In this document: piece after piece, positions 48,473-58,876 of the stretch
How positions within the stretch are numbered: position 1 is the first letter of the stretch
Layout: every line of letters begins with the position of its first letter
DNA from: a virus
Taxonomy: Duplodnaviria > Heunggongvirae > Uroviricota > Caudoviricetes
IMG/VR virus record: IMGVR_UViG_3300045988_007243
DNA length: 64,000 nt
Direction: 5' to 3' (one strand)
Made by a program: the position numbers and the translations under genes
The notes under the pieces: generated by a model
Told to the model about the DNA's origin: nothing
The model's database searches: none
What the model saw: the letters and a program-made list of their open reading frames with translations, nothing else

Positions 48473-48747
48473 TCAAAGGTTATGTTTGTTACTGCCATTG
48501 CAGATTTGCATTTTGCAGGGTCTACAACGTGATAAAGTACACTACAGTTACCTGTGCTGTCTGGTACAGGTTTGACCCATTGATGCTTTATAGTTGGCTC
48601 TCCTAAATCTTTGTAAGAGCCATCTGTAAAATTGTTTACCATCTCAAGTGCAATTGGTTCTGGGACATGACCACGTATCATGTACATCTCACAGCCGTTA
48701 CCACCTTCACTCACTAATGGTAGAATCTCCCACTTTTCTTTAGCCAT
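48469..48747 (-). CDS. hypothetical protein
   Basis: 92 aa ORF. Confidence 0.35.
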   Translation of the reverse strand: MAKEKWEILPLVSEGGNGCEMYMIRGHVPEPIALEMVNNFTDGSYKDLGEPTIKHQWVKPVPDSTGNCSVLYHVVDPAKCKSAMAVTNITFD

Positions 48748-49255
48748 TATAAGTTGCCCTATAAACTGTCTCGAACTTCAACAGGAGAGATATTGCCAAA
48801 TCTGTATAGTTGTTGTCAAGCACATCTGGCATATTATTTTTGATATATTTCTCTTGCTCTTCATAGGTCATCTTGGGGATACTTAGGAGGCTATCTCCTT
48901 GCTTCTGGTTATCAGTTTTAGTTTGGATAAACCAGTTTGCACAGTGATGTTCACCACCTTTTGTAACAGGTTTGTGATGACCTAATGTAAATGTTTGCTT
49001 ACCCGTATACCTGCAAAGATTGTTCAGTGTTGCAATGGTGTTCTTCACAACACACCATTCATACAGGTTATCTATTGTGTAGTGTGGGTAATAACGGACA
49101 AGTGCTCTTTCACGGAAGTTATCACGATTCCAAAGAACCATGTGATTAGAATTTGAAGGGTCATATTTGTGGGAGTCTATAAACTCTTGACGCTCATCAA
49201 AGCTGAGTCTTAGAACTGACATTGCAGCAGAACGTTTTAGGTTTGACAGATACAT
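48740..49255 (-). CDS. HNH endonuclease-like protein
   Basis: 171 aa; His-Me finger-like LGHHKPVTKGGEHHCANW. Confidence 0.45.
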   Translation of the reverse strand: MYLSNLKRSAAMSVLRLSFDERQEFIDSHKYDPSNSNHMVLWNRDNFRERALVRYYPHYTIDNLYEWCVVKNTIATLNNLCRYTGKQTFTLGHHKPVTKGGEHHCANWFIQTKTDNQKQGDSLLSIPKMTYEEQEKYIKNNMPDVLDNNYTDLAISLLLKFETVYRATYNG

Positions 49256-49305
49256 ATCATCTCCAAAATAAAAGGGAACCTTTACAGTCCCCTTATAGTA
49301 TCTGC

Positions 49306-49626
49306 TTACTGAGCTACTTTCAAGATTCTTGTGAATGGAATTTCACTTTCTTCCATTAACTCTTTAGTTTCTTTGGTAACTTTCACAAAGTTATCTAGGC
49401 AGATAATCTTCTTATCTTTCTTACTATAGGTTAATTTAACCTTTTCAATATCTTTCTCAGAGCTTTTCTCTTCATTGAAGAGTTTTACAGCCTCTTTGAA
49501 TGGGATATATGAGCCATCATTATCACTAATGAATCCTGTACCACAATAGTAGGAGTTATGCTCTATAGCCATAAACTGGCACAGTAAGAAAATCTGTAAT
49601 TTACGAGTGTTATAAACTTTGCTCAT
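49306..49626 (-). CDS. hypothetical protein
   Basis: 106 aa ORF. Confidence 0.35.
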   Translation of the reverse strand: MSKVYNTRKLQIFLLCQFMAIEHNSYYCGTGFISDNDGSYIPFKEAVKLFNEEKSSEKDIEKVKLTYSKKDKKIICLDNFVKVTKETKELMEESEIPFTRILKVAQ

Positions 49627-49628
49627 GA

Positions 49629-49913
49629 TTATTTAGCCTTCTTATTACGTTTACGGTTACGAGCTTTCTTAGCTGCTCGTTTAATAGCTGCTGCACCAGA
49701 CTGACGGTGGGCTTGTTTCTTACCACCTTTGCCACGGCCTACATAGATGTAAGGCTGCTGTTCAATTTGGCTTGTAAGAACCTGTGCAACCGCTGAAGCA
49801 TCTACACCGACCTGCTTTCCAGTCATAGAAACAATTGCTGCTGCTTTTGCCAGTGCCTTCAAGAATCCAGCTTTCATATTACCTAAAATTCCCATTTTTA
49901 GTCTCTCTCTCAT
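49629..49913 (-). CDS. small basic protein (hypothetical)
   Basis: 94 aa, Lys/Arg/Ala-rich C-terminus. Confidence 0.35.
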   Translation of the reverse strand: MRERLKMGILGNMKAGFLKALAKAAAIVSMTGKQVGVDASAVAQVLTSQIEQQPYIYVGRGKGGKKQAHRQSGAAAIKRAAKKARNRKRNKKAK

Positions 49914-49993
49914 TAAAGTTTAATACAGAACTTATGAAGTTCTTCTTCAGTGATACCAATTGGAGTTATACCTTAGTCCATTTGCCAGAATAA

Positions 49994-50479
49994 TCATTCT
50001 GCTCGCCATTGGCAATCGCCTTGCCACCCATACTCTTTTCTCCAGAGGTTTTGGTTATCAGAACCACGATATGGTTTAACTGTTGGTTTAGATGAATCAT
50101 ACTTACCATCAATCACCACGTCAACATATTTCATCACATCAAGGTGAATTTTTTCATGTAACTGAAAACCTGTCCAGAGCCAGATAGATTTTTCTGGGTA
50201 AACGGTTTTAATACGTTTGCATATGTTGGTAACCTCTTGAATGTTTCTATCATCCAGAGGTTCTCCACCAAGTATTGACAGCCCACTGATGGCATTATCA
50301 TCCATTAACTTAATGATGCCATAAAGGTTTGCATAAGTGAACTCTTTACCAGCATTAAACTTCCAAGACTCCCTGTTAAAGCAGCCTTCACAGTGATGTT
50401 TACAGCCAGCTACGAAGAGGCTTACACGAACCCCTTCACCATTAGCTGTGTCAAATGGTCGAATCTCCATGTAATTCAT
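49994..50479 (-). CDS. nrdG: anaerobic ribonucleotide reductase activating protein (radical SAM)
   Basis: 161 aa; CxxxCxxC cluster motif (GCKHHCEGC); close to nrdD. Confidence 0.75.
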   Translation of the reverse strand: MNYMEIRPFDTANGEGVRVSLFVAGCKHHCEGCFNRESWKFNAGKEFTYANLYGIIKLMDDNAISGLSILGGEPLDDRNIQEVTNICKRIKTVYPEKSIWLWTGFQLHEKIHLDVMKYVDVVIDGKYDSSKPTVKPYRGSDNQNLWRKEYGWQGDCQWRAE

Positions 50480-50514
50480 CTAGTTACCTCACCAATATTA
50501 TTTAATTGTTTTAC

Positions 50515-50910
50515 TCATTCAAACACCACCTGACAAGGAACCTGTTTAGTAATAAATTCTTCACAGTGCTCTTTAATGAAGTTTTGTAATGGTACACAAT
50601 CTTGTGCGCAAGTCATTAGCATAATGTACTCTGGATTCATAATATTTTCAAGACTGTAGAAGACAACATCGTTAGATAGTTCATGACCGTCTTCTTCAGA
50701 CCAAGTTCCAGTGACTACAGCTAATTTGTCAAGCAATTCATTAGGCAATGCTACACCATCTTCTACAGAATCACTTAGAACGTTGTCGCTGATGTACAAT
50801 GTGAAGGTCGTATGGAATGTTGAATATCTTACGTGATTCTTTTCGCAAGAGCCACACTCTGAGGCGTAGTCTTTAATCCACTCTAACTGTTTTTGGTTCA
50901 ACTTAATCAT
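50515..50910 (-). CDS. hypothetical protein
   Basis: 131 aa, Cys-containing. Confidence 0.35.
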   Translation of the reverse strand: MIKLNQKQLEWIKDYASECGSCEKNHVRYSTFHTTFTLYISDNVLSDSVEDGVALPNELLDKLAVVTGTWSEEDGHELSNDVVFYSLENIMNPEYIMLMTCAQDCVPLQNFIKEHCEEFITKQVPCQVVFE

Positions 50911-51107
50911 AATTTCACCCTAGTTGGTAATGCACTGAATGCTATAGCTAACCCTAAAAATGGTTTGAAGCATGACCATAAATCCATTTGTCCATGATAT
51001 GATAAACTCCATTGTGGGTCTGAAAAACCCCATACCATAACACTAACCCCAAAGAAGAAGATTAGAATGTGGAGTATGTATATCAACGTTTTTGATATTT
51101 TAAACAT
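50907..51107 (-). CDS. small membrane protein (hypothetical)
   Basis: 66 aa, two hydrophobic helices. Confidence 0.35.
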   Translation of the reverse strand: MFKISKTLIYILHILIFFFGVSVMVWGFSDPQWSLSYHGQMDLWSCFKPFLGLAIAFSALPTRVKL

Positions 51108-51271
51108 TTTAACTTATCTCTCAATTCACAATAAGAAAGTCCTAAAAAGAACCCTAGTAAGACAGAACCTATGAATAGGCCAATGATGTTCTCTGCCATA
51201 TCTAACATCCAATAAAAAAGGTGATGTAAGCCTATCAAGACCCACACCACCTTGTCAAGTTTTACATAAGG

Positions 51272-51829
51272 TTATTTTTTCTTACAATTGTCAAAATGAT
51301 ATCGAGTCATGTTACCAGCACCACCAGTCATACCACAATGAGGGCAAGTTTTCTTTTTCTTTGGCTTTTTTCCGGCTTCTGACATCTTCTTCCTTGTTTC
51401 TATAGACCTTTTACAACCTTTTGATTTTGTATTGCCTATTTGAGATTCTCCTAATCGTCTTCGATGTTCTTCAGTGAAAACCCTACCTTTATTCACAATA
51501 GATAAAGCTTTCGAGTTCAAAGCTCTTACCTTTTCATAGTCTCTGGATGATATTTTCCTATCTAGGCCATCATGAGCTAACCTGTTCCATGCAAACCATA
51601 ACTTATGATTGTTTGGATACATCTTAACCAGTAATTTATGAGCTATATAATGCTCTCTAGGTGTAAGCAAAGCAATATTATCTCCACTAATTTTATCTCC
51701 ACCTAGACATACTGGTATGATATGGTGTCTTTCATAACCCTTACCTTGACATTTGTAGTATGTAAGAGGCACACCCCTTTCAGAATGTGCCTTCTTAATA
51801 ATTGCATTATATATTAGTTCGTAATTCAT
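51272..51829 (-). mobile_element. free-standing HNH homing endonuclease gene downstream of nrdD
   Basis: HNH motif (ERHHIIPVCLGGDKISGDNIALLTPREHYIAH) plus Cys-rich C-terminus; start set at internal ATG because ORF-track start overlaps nrdD. Confidence 0.6.
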
Positions 51830-51836
51830 TTGTATG

Positions 51837-52784
51837 CTACATAGAAACCCTATCCTTAATTTCTGCCATCTTAGCGTCATTCATTCGAGACTGACCTTTA
51901 ATTTTTGTGAATGACAAGTACCCGCACACCCTGTTAATCACAGAGATATCATGTGAATGGCAAACCTCACATTCTTCAACATCAGCCTTTGGTCTGTTAC
52001 CACAATGTTCACAGATTGCTAAGTCAAAGTTAAGCCCTTGATAAAAACCTTTCAACATCCCTCTTGTAATACAACTTTTAAGTGCTGGTAAGTTTTCTGG
52101 GTTAGCTACCCTTACATACTGGATTCTGCCACCTCTACAGATATGGAAGAATGGCTCTTCTAATTCCTGCTTCTCAAATGGTGAGATGTTTGCTGCAACA
52201 TTCATATGGAAACTGTTTGTAAAGTATTCCTTGTCAGAAACGCCTTTAATAACACCAAACATATCTCTGAACTGTTTTAGCTGAGTTCCACACAATGACT
52301 CTGCTGGAGTGCCATATACTGCATACAGGAAGCCATCTTCATTCTTAAACTCTTCAGTTTTCATGTTAATGTATGCCAGAACATCGTATGCAAAACTGGA
52401 ACTTCCAACTTCATGAAGTCGTTTACCTTCAGCAAGAACAGATAACTCATCAAGAGCAGTAACCCCAAAAGAAGCTGTGAAGGACTTCACAATATCCCAA
52501 CCAACCTTGTCAGTAGGCTTCTTAGTCCCTTTATACAGACCACCTTGTGTGAATGCAAGAGGGTTAGAACTTGCTGGCATATTGGCAATCATTTCGTAAC
52601 GTTTCTTATGGAAGCTGCGAATCATTTCTAGGTACTTATCAAGCTCTTTCCAGAAATCTAAACCATTCTCTTTAGAATACTGGTAAATCATTGGTAAGTT
52701 CAAAGATACAGCACCAATGTTAGCACGACCTACATAAAACTCTTCACCATATTCGTTATGGTATGGTGATAAAAATGCTCTACA
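51837..52784 (-). CDS. nrdD: anaerobic ribonucleoside-triphosphate reductase, exon 2
   Basis: Frame stays open upstream of ORF-track start (TTG at 52703) and encodes CRAFLSPYHNEYGEEFYVGRANIGAVSLNLPMIY, continuing from exon 1 ...VISPMG; glycyl-radical motif RVCGYL near C-terminus. Confidence 0.7.
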   Translation of the reverse strand, partial: CRAFLSPYHNEYGEEFYVGRANIGAVSLNLPMIYQYSKENGLDFWKELDKYLEMIRSFHKKRYEMIANMPASSNPLAFTQGGLYKGTKKPTDKVGWDIVKSFTASFGVTALDELSVLAEGKRLHEVGSSSFAYDVLAYINMKTEEFKNEDGFLYAVYGTPAESLCGTQLKQFRDMFGVIKGVSDKEYFTNSFHMNVAANISPFEKQELEEPFFHICRGGRIQYVRVANPENLPALKSCITRGMLKGFYQGLNFDLAICEHCGNRPKADVEECEVCHSHDISVINRVCGYLSFTKIKGQSRMNDAKMAEIKDRVSM

Positions 52785-53526
52785 CTTGTTGTTCAGGTAA
52801 GTTCGCTAAGCTTACCCCGCTTTATTCAAGCTGCTTACTGTCGCCAGTAAGTCCAGACTATATCTTCTACTTATTTCTAAGTAGCGTACCATTTCGAGTC
52901 GCTTGACCCTACACCGCTACATTCATCACGGTTAGTCGTTCGGCATTTAGATGTATTCAAACTCATATTCGAAGTTATTATGCTCTTTTACACCCTTCAA
53001 TATTGAAGAGATGGTCTTGCGATTGTGTCCAAGTATATTGGATAACTCTCGTATTGACTTAGTAACAATAACTTCCTTTGTCACTTTGTGTGTGGCTTTC
53101 ACGGCATATGAACGCTTGTGGAACTTGTAGCACCCGTTCTCATAACCTTCTTTAGCATTCTCAGAATGAGTACCCCATTCTAAGTTGGATGCGTGGTTAT
53201 TTAGTTTGTTATCGTCCTTATGTTTTACAATTGGAAGATTATTTGGGTTAGGTACATATTTCTCAGCAACTAACCTGTGGACATACATGTCACGATTCTT
53301 CTTACCGTAAAACCTCACTTTCATATACCCAGTGTTGGATTTCCACTGCGTAAGCTCTACACCATTTTCCCTAAAGACTTTTCCATCTTCAGTGACGTGA
53401 TAGTTTGGCATGTAAGACTCCTATGTTGTATAGTTTCTTACATCGTACATCATTTAGCACAGGATTGTCTACATCTGTAGAGTTTCCCTGTTTAGGCACG
53501 TTTTAGATGAGCTATAGAGCCTGTTA
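52785..53526 (-). mobile_element. probable group I intron in nrdD carrying an HNH homing endonuclease ORF
   Basis: 742-nt insert between exon 1 (ends ...GGU) and exon 2 (starts UGU...); in-frame stop right after exon 1; insert ends in G; contains HNH ORF. Confidence 0.6.
52947..53411 (-). CDS. intron-encoded HNH homing endonuclease
   Basis: 154 aa; HNH motif (VHRLVAEKYVPNPNNLPIVKHKDDNKLNNHASNLEWGTHSEN) with C-terminal NUMOD-like region. Confidence 0.7.
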   Translation of the reverse strand: MPNYHVTEDGKVFRENGVELTQWKSNTGYMKVRFYGKKNRDMYVHRLVAEKYVPNPNNLPIVKHKDDNKLNNHASNLEWGTHSENAKEGYENGCYKFHKRSYAVKATHKVTKEVIVTKSIRELSNILGHNRKTISSILKGVKEHNNFEYEFEYI

Positions 53527-54723
53527 ACCCATCGGCGAAATAACCTTGCCAGAACGCTCAAAAGCCTCTGCTACAGCACCATGACCAGATACACTTAAGA
53601 AATCTGGATACATAGCTTTAGAGCAACACTCAATAGCTTTACTGTACAGGTGACCTTGACAGATATTTTCATCATGTCTCTTCTGGTCATAAATATAAAC
53701 CAGTTTAGGGAATACAACAGGCTTCTTACTCTTACCTTGTCCATTCATGCGAACATCAAGAATGGTGTTTGCAATCATGTATTGCAGTCGGTTGTCTTCA
53801 TTAGACATATCTGAGTCGAGCAACCCAAATGTTAAAGTTGTGAATGCGAAATCACCACGGCTGCAAGGTACAGTGTTCAGTTTCATTTCAAGTGACTGAA
53901 AACCTTGAGTTAATTCAATCTGTAGCTGCTCCATGACATAATTATGGTAATGTTCTTTAGGAATACCATAAGATGCTGCTTTCTCAGCATGATAGCGTAG
54001 AGACTTCTTAGCATACGGTACAAGCACCTTATCAATCTCTGCTAAAGTAAATCCACCAAATTGCTGTGCAGTTGCTGAAAGAACTACATCACCAATAACC
54101 TGTAAGGCTGACAGCACAGACTTCGGTTCACAGTATTCGATGCCAGACATCTCAAAGCCACCTTTCAGTACTTTACCAATGTCAAACAAGCAACAGTTAA
54201 TGCCGCCAAAAATCAGGTCTCTTAAATCGTGGATATAGATAAACCCTTTTTCAATGGCTTCAAGTTCCTCTGGTGTTAAATGGTACTGCTTAAAGATTTC
54301 TTTAGTCAGGTAACCACGAATAATTGAACCTTTTGTAGAAATTAAACTGCTGTCAAAGTTAGCGTTTTCACGGTCACCTAAGAAGAGCGTGTCTCTAGTC
54401 TTTTGGTAAAGCTCATCCCAATTTTGAGCAACCTCTTTCCGGTAATTTCTGTATGTTGAGTAAGACTCATAAATCTCGTGATTGACTTCTGCCAAAGCAC
54501 CCTCAACAATGCTGTGAATATCATTGACTGAGATGAGTAAATTATTCTGCTTAGTGGACTTTACCAGAATCCTCATAAATGCTGACTCAAGAGCTTGGGT
54601 AACATCTGGTGGGAGTTCTTTATATCCAACCCTGTTAGCTGACTTAGTTACTGCTGCTAAAACTTTTTTGATATCAGGTTCTTCAAGTGAGCCATTCTTT
54701 TTAATAATCTGTACTTTGTTCAT
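53527..54723 (-). CDS. nrdD: anaerobic ribonucleoside-triphosphate reductase, exon 1
   Basis: 398 aa N-terminal part of class III RNR, ending ...YPDFLSVSGHGAVAEAFERSGKVISPMG. Confidence 0.7.
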
Positions 54724-54771
54724 TATTGCCCCTTTACATGCTAAAAAGGTCTCCGAAGAGACCCTTTCATT

Positions 54772-54978
54772 TTAAATCTTTTTAGAAAACTTTGAAACGA
54801 GTTTTCTTAGTTTTTCAGTGATGCCTAGCTGTATCTCTAATATTTCGAAGATAACCCATAGTAACATGGCTCCAAACAATGAACCTTGTTCAAAGTCAGT
54901 AAATAGGTTAACAATCAGCATACCAATCACAATAGCTGGTGCATCAACAACCAAACCTTCCCAAATGCGTTTAAGCAT
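54772..54978 (-). CDS. small membrane protein (hypothetical)
   Basis: 68 aa, hydrophobic. Confidence 0.35.
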   Translation of the reverse strand: MLKRIWEGLVVDAPAIVIGMLIVNLFTDFEQGSLFGAMLLWVIFEILEIQLGITEKLRKLVSKFSKKI

Positions 54979-55213
54979 TATTCACCTCTGCCATAAAATT
55001 CTGTAGCGTCCCAACAGGTTTTAGGTTTTGACCGTCAGTTTTCATGATGAATGGCATCTGACGAACTGGCATCTGTGCAATATCCATCAGGTCTGACAGT
55101 TCATAATCCTGCCCTAACATTCTCACAACATGGTCAATACCACGAGCTTTTGCAAAATTCTTTGCAGTCTCACACTGAGGGCATCCAGTTTTGGAGTAAA
55201 TCACATAAGTCAT
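54971..55213 (-). CDS. glutaredoxin-like protein (NrdH/Grx family)
   Basis: 80 aa with CPQC redox motif, adjacent to nrdB. Confidence 0.6.
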   Translation of the reverse strand: MTYVIYSKTGCPQCETAKNFAKARGIDHVVRMLGQDYELSDLMDIAQMPVRQMPFIMKTDGQNLKPVGTLQNFMAEVNNA

Positions 55214-56286
55214 TAAGGAACCTCTAAAAATCCACTATTCAAATCATCTACAACAGTATTCAATAGGTACGCACCGTTCTGTTGCTCCTGATTAGCATTC
55301 TGCTCTTTATCAATTTCCATCTTCTTAATCATGTACTTCAAAGGTGGTTCTTTAGGAGCTACAAAATCTCTGGGAATGCCAAACATATCATACAGTGGGG
55401 CAGCATTATAGTAAACCCACTCATGAAGAAGCTTTGTATTTAAGCCAACTACAGCACGTCCTTCGGAGAAGATATAATACGACCATTTCTCTTCACTTTC
55501 AACTACTTCATCTAAGATTACTTTAATCTCTGGAAGAATTTGTTGAAAAGCTTTCTGCCACTCATCATCTCTTAAAGTTTCTTTTAAAACTTCAATATCA
55601 ATTTTAGTGTGAAGGATTTCGTCAAGCATAATTTTCTGGACAGCTTGAGCAATACCCTGAAATTTATCTTGAGCATCAAGTGCAAAAGTACATGCAAAGG
55701 ATGCCATAAAAGATATACCTTCAAGTGCAGTCACTGCAAACAGCCCTTTCAGAATCACTTTATGGAAGTGTAAAGGGTCTTTGTCCAGAAGTGAGTCGCG
55801 CACATAACTCAGACGATAGTTTATACCTTCATCCAGTAATTCTTCAAGAACACGATTCACAGTTTTTAATCGGTCTTGTACAGCAACATTCTGGTTAATC
55901 TCATCTAAGATTGTTTCAGGGTTTTTAATACATTGCCTTACAATCTCTGAGTAAGTAAGAGCATGTAGGTTTTCAATCTCAGACTGCTTCATAATTGCAG
56001 TTGCATAGATGTCATCAGAGATAAATGGTGCAAAGGCAAATGCCAAACTCTTAGCAACTTGAGTATCTGCTTCCCACTGCCACTTAAGAATCTCAAGCAT
56101 TACACCTGACATTGATGCTGGTACACTCTCAAAATCAAGACGTGATTGTTCAAAAGGGAACTCATCTTCTGACCAATCTTGTGCTTTTTGTTGTTTATAA
56201 AGCTCAAAGATTTTTGGGTAGTGTTTATTAAGTGAGTCAAAAGTTTTTCTCTCACCACCTAAAAAGATTGGGTGCTGGTTAATCAT
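55213..56286 (-). CDS. nrdB: ribonucleotide reductase class I beta subunit
   Basis: R2-like helices/ligands; start set at ATG 56286 forming ATGA overlap with upstream stop rather than ORF-track start 56346. Confidence 0.7.
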   Translation of the reverse strand: MINQHPIFLGGERKTFDSLNKHYPKIFELYKQQKAQDWSEDEFPFEQSRLDFESVPASMSGVMLEILKWQWEADTQVAKSLAFAFAPFISDDIYATAIMKQSEIENLHALTYSEIVRQCIKNPETILDEINQNVAVQDRLKTVNRVLEELLDEGINYRLSYVRDSLLDKDPLHFHKVILKGLFAVTALEGISFMASFACTFALDAQDKFQGIAQAVQKIMLDEILHTKIDIEVLKETLRDDEWQKAFQQILPEIKVILDEVVESEEKWSYYIFSEGRAVVGLNTKLLHEWVYYNAAPLYDMFGIPRDFVAPKEPPLKYMIKKMEIDKEQNANQEQQNGAYLLNTVVDDLNSGFLEVP

Positions 56287-56540
56287 AGCGTGATTTCTCC
56301 TTTCTTTATCATTTCTAAGGCTTGTTTTCTGTCTAAAACTTCCCAATTTTCTTTGTTGAACATCTCATAAGGTCTTGCGTAGATTTTACCATCTGCTGTA
56401 GAGATGTAAGAGATACCAGCAACCCATGAGTCATCCTTTTGTTTTATCATCATGTCTGTGCTACTCACATAGTACATCGTTTTCCGAGGCTTGTGGAGCA
56501 AGTATATAGGTCGCTCATGTTTTTCTATTAAATCTTTCAT
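56283..56540 (-). CDS. small hypothetical protein between nrdA and nrdB
   Basis: 85 aa; start at ATG 56540 with TGGAGAGACC RBS; stop overlaps nrdB start (ATGA). Confidence 0.4.
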   Translation of the reverse strand: MKDLIEKHERPIYLLHKPRKTMYYVSSTDMMIKQKDDSWVAGISYISTADGKIYARPYEMFNKENWEVLDRKQALEMIKKGEITL

Positions 56541-56595
56541 GGTCTCTCCAAAGTTATTTTTAGAGGGTCTTTTACGACCCTCATAGTTGTTAAAA

Positions 56596-58830
56596 CTAAA
56601 CACCACAACCCTCGCAATAAGCATCTTGCAGTGCAGATTTACCTACACCAATGCGACTGTTAAGGTAGTACATGGTTTTCATACCTACCGAGTTGGCATA
56701 AATCATGTACTTCAAAGCTTGAGCCAATGATACCTTCTTAGACTTTGCATAGTCAACATAGAAATCTGAAGAGATAGCTTGACCAGTGAACTTTTGAACA
56801 ATTGCATAACAATCAATCAGGTCAAAGGTGTCAATACCCCAAGCAATTTCATATACATACTTCAACTCTTCATAATCTGGAACAATAAACAGTACGTTAC
56901 CAGTTGCAGACTTTTTAGTTAAAATAAAGTCACGAATTGGGTACAAGCCGTTTGTCGTATTAGTTGCTAGTGAAGAACTCTCATTAGGCATGTAAGCTTC
57001 TAATACAGAGTTTCGGATTCCACCATTCTCTTTGATACGTTGTGCTAAGTCATCCCAATCATATCGTAGTTTCGCATCATGCTTTTCATCAATCTTCTTG
57101 TTAGCTGTCTTTGGAGGAACCCACCCTTCAGGATACTTAGTGAACTGCATATACTCAGGTACACCACGTTCTTTAGCAAGTCTCAAAGAAGCTTCGTGTA
57201 AGTAGTAAGAGTGCATTTCAGCAAGCTCATGAAGCTTCGTCTTACCTGCTCTTGAAGAATAGTTCACGTAGTTCTTCGCAAGGTAATGAGCCACATTTGT
57301 AAGGCCAATCCCAACAGAACGACGCTTCTGAACATGGTTACGCATCGACGGATACGGATAATCCATAAGGTCAATAACGGAGTCAACCATTGCAAGAGCA
57401 TAATAAGCAACGTCAGCGTATTCATCTTCTGAAATTCTCCCTGCAACCAAACTAGCTAGGAAGCAAAGAGCTACCTCACCATCCTCTTTCACAGCATCAT
57501 CTCTGTAAAGGTCTGTCTCTTTCTCAAAGCCGTACACTGGCAACACAATTTCCATACAAAGATTTGACATCTTCAAAGGCTCTTTAAATGGTGTATGTGT
57601 GTTTGCATTATTCGTGAAGAATGGGTACACACGACCTGTAGCATAACGCTGTTGAATAAACAGCTTAGCAATTTCACGAGCCTTTACCCGTCTGTGCTTA
57701 ACACCTGAATGTACTGCGTGACCAACTGCCATAGCAAACTCATCAGCAGATGCTGTGTAGAACATGTCATAGAGTTTTGGTGCATCTTTGTAAGAGAATA
57801 GCAACCAGTCTGTATCATATTGAACACACTGCCAGAAATAATCATTTGTACCGAATGAGTAGTCCATCTCGTTAATACGTTTAGAAGGAACCGTTGTAGG
57901 GTGCTTCAAACGCAGTAAATCTTCAATCTGCGGGTCTAGAGCAGTGTAGAAGTTATTAGCTGAACCACCACGACTCTTCTGTTTGTTTGCCTCTACAGAT
58001 GAGCGTACAAGCTTGTAATAAGGTAGTTTACCCATGTGCTCAATAGTATTTTGACGGATACCATCACCAATGGTGCGAGTTTCCATCAGCATCCCAATAC
58101 CAGCTTGCTTTGTAGTCATATCATAAGCAACCTTTGCAGCAATACCGAGAGACTCAGCAGTATCATTTGCCTTAATCAAACAGCATGACGCATAACCTGA
58201 TTTAGTTGCTCTTAACCCGTTTAAATATGGCGTAGGGGCGTTAATCTTCAGGTCAGATAGGTAAGTGTACAGCTTGATAACATCTTGCAGTCTACGGTGC
58301 TTTGGTTGCTTCTCAAAGGCTTTCATAGCCATACCCATGAACATAAATTGTGGTGACTCAAAAAGTCTTCCCGTTTTAATATCACGGATACCATACTTGT
58401 CTCTGAACTGTTTCAAGACTGCATAACCGTAAGAGATATCTTTTGAGTGCACAATGTAACCTTGCAGGTATTCAAGCTCTTCCTGTGAGTAGTCCATCTT
58501 CTCCCAAAGTCCTGCTCTCTCCATATTTTTAACGAAGGTAACCAGCGTAGGAACCTTAGTAAAGCCTCCAAAGGCTTCTTTGTAGATAATCCCCAGAAGT
58601 AGCCGTCCAGCCATATCTGAGTACTCTTGAGTTTGTTTATCAACACAAACATCAATCATGGCTTGGTGCATCTCTTTTGTAGTGCAACCCTCATAGACAC
58701 GTTTCATAGCTTCCATAGTGACTTCTGACCAGATAATTCCACGTTTATCTGCCCATGATGCCCACTTATTCAGTCTTTCTGGGTCAAAGCTTACTACTGT
58801 ACCATTTGATTTTTTAATTGTCTTAATCAT
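56596..58830 (-). CDS. nrdA: ribonucleotide reductase class I alpha subunit
   Basis: 744 aa; N-terminal ATP-cone-like segment, R1-sized catalytic body, C-terminal Cys pair. Confidence 0.75.
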   Translation of the reverse strand: MIKTIKKSNGTVVSFDPERLNKWASWADKRGIIWSEVTMEAMKRVYEGCTTKEMHQAMIDVCVDKQTQEYSDMAGRLLLGIIYKEAFGGFTKVPTLVTFVKNMERAGLWEKMDYSQEELEYLQGYIVHSKDISYGYAVLKQFRDKYGIRDIKTGRLFESPQFMFMGMAMKAFEKQPKHRRLQDVIKLYTYLSDLKINAPTPYLNGLRATKSGYASCCLIKANDTAESLGIAAKVAYDMTTKQAGIGMLMETRTIGDGIRQNTIEHMGKLPYYKLVRSSVEANKQKSRGGSANNFYTALDPQIEDLLRLKHPTTVPSKRINEMDYSFGTNDYFWQCVQYDTDWLLFSYKDAPKLYDMFYTASADEFAMAVGHAVHSGVKHRRVKAREIAKLFIQQRYATGRVYPFFTNNANTHTPFKEPLKMSNLCMEIVLPVYGFEKETDLYRDDAVKEDGEVALCFLASLVAGRISEDEYADVAYYALAMVDSVIDLMDYPYPSMRNHVQKRRSVGIGLTNVAHYLAKNYVNYSSRAGKTKLHELAEMHSYYLHEASLRLAKERGVPEYMQFTKYPEGWVPPKTANKKIDEKHDAKLRYDWDDLAQRIKENGGIRNSVLEAYMPNESSSLATNTTNGLYPIRDFILTKKSATGNVLFIVPDYEELKYVYEIAWGIDTFDLIDCYAIVQKFTGQAISSDFYVDYAKSKKVSLAQALKYMIYANSVGMKTMYYLNSRIGVGKSALQDAYCEGCGV

Positions 58831-58847
58831 TTTCGAATCCTACAGAT

Positions 58848-58872
58848 GAAAAGAGCCTCCGAAGAGGCTCCC
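58848..58872 (-). terminator. intrinsic terminator upstream of nrdA
   Basis: Minus RNA: gagcctcttcggaggctc hairpin followed by TTTTCATCTG. Confidence 0.5.
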
Positions 58873-58876
58873 TAGT

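Noticed and set aside
51837-52703. ORF-track start (TTG at 52703) for the second nrdD ORF, and starts at 56346 (nrdB), 56624, 37018, 34857, 36497 and 51880.
   Set aside because: Upstream frame extension, ATGA coupling or the position of the conserved RBS/leader indicate different true boundaries; coordinates were adjusted in the feature list.
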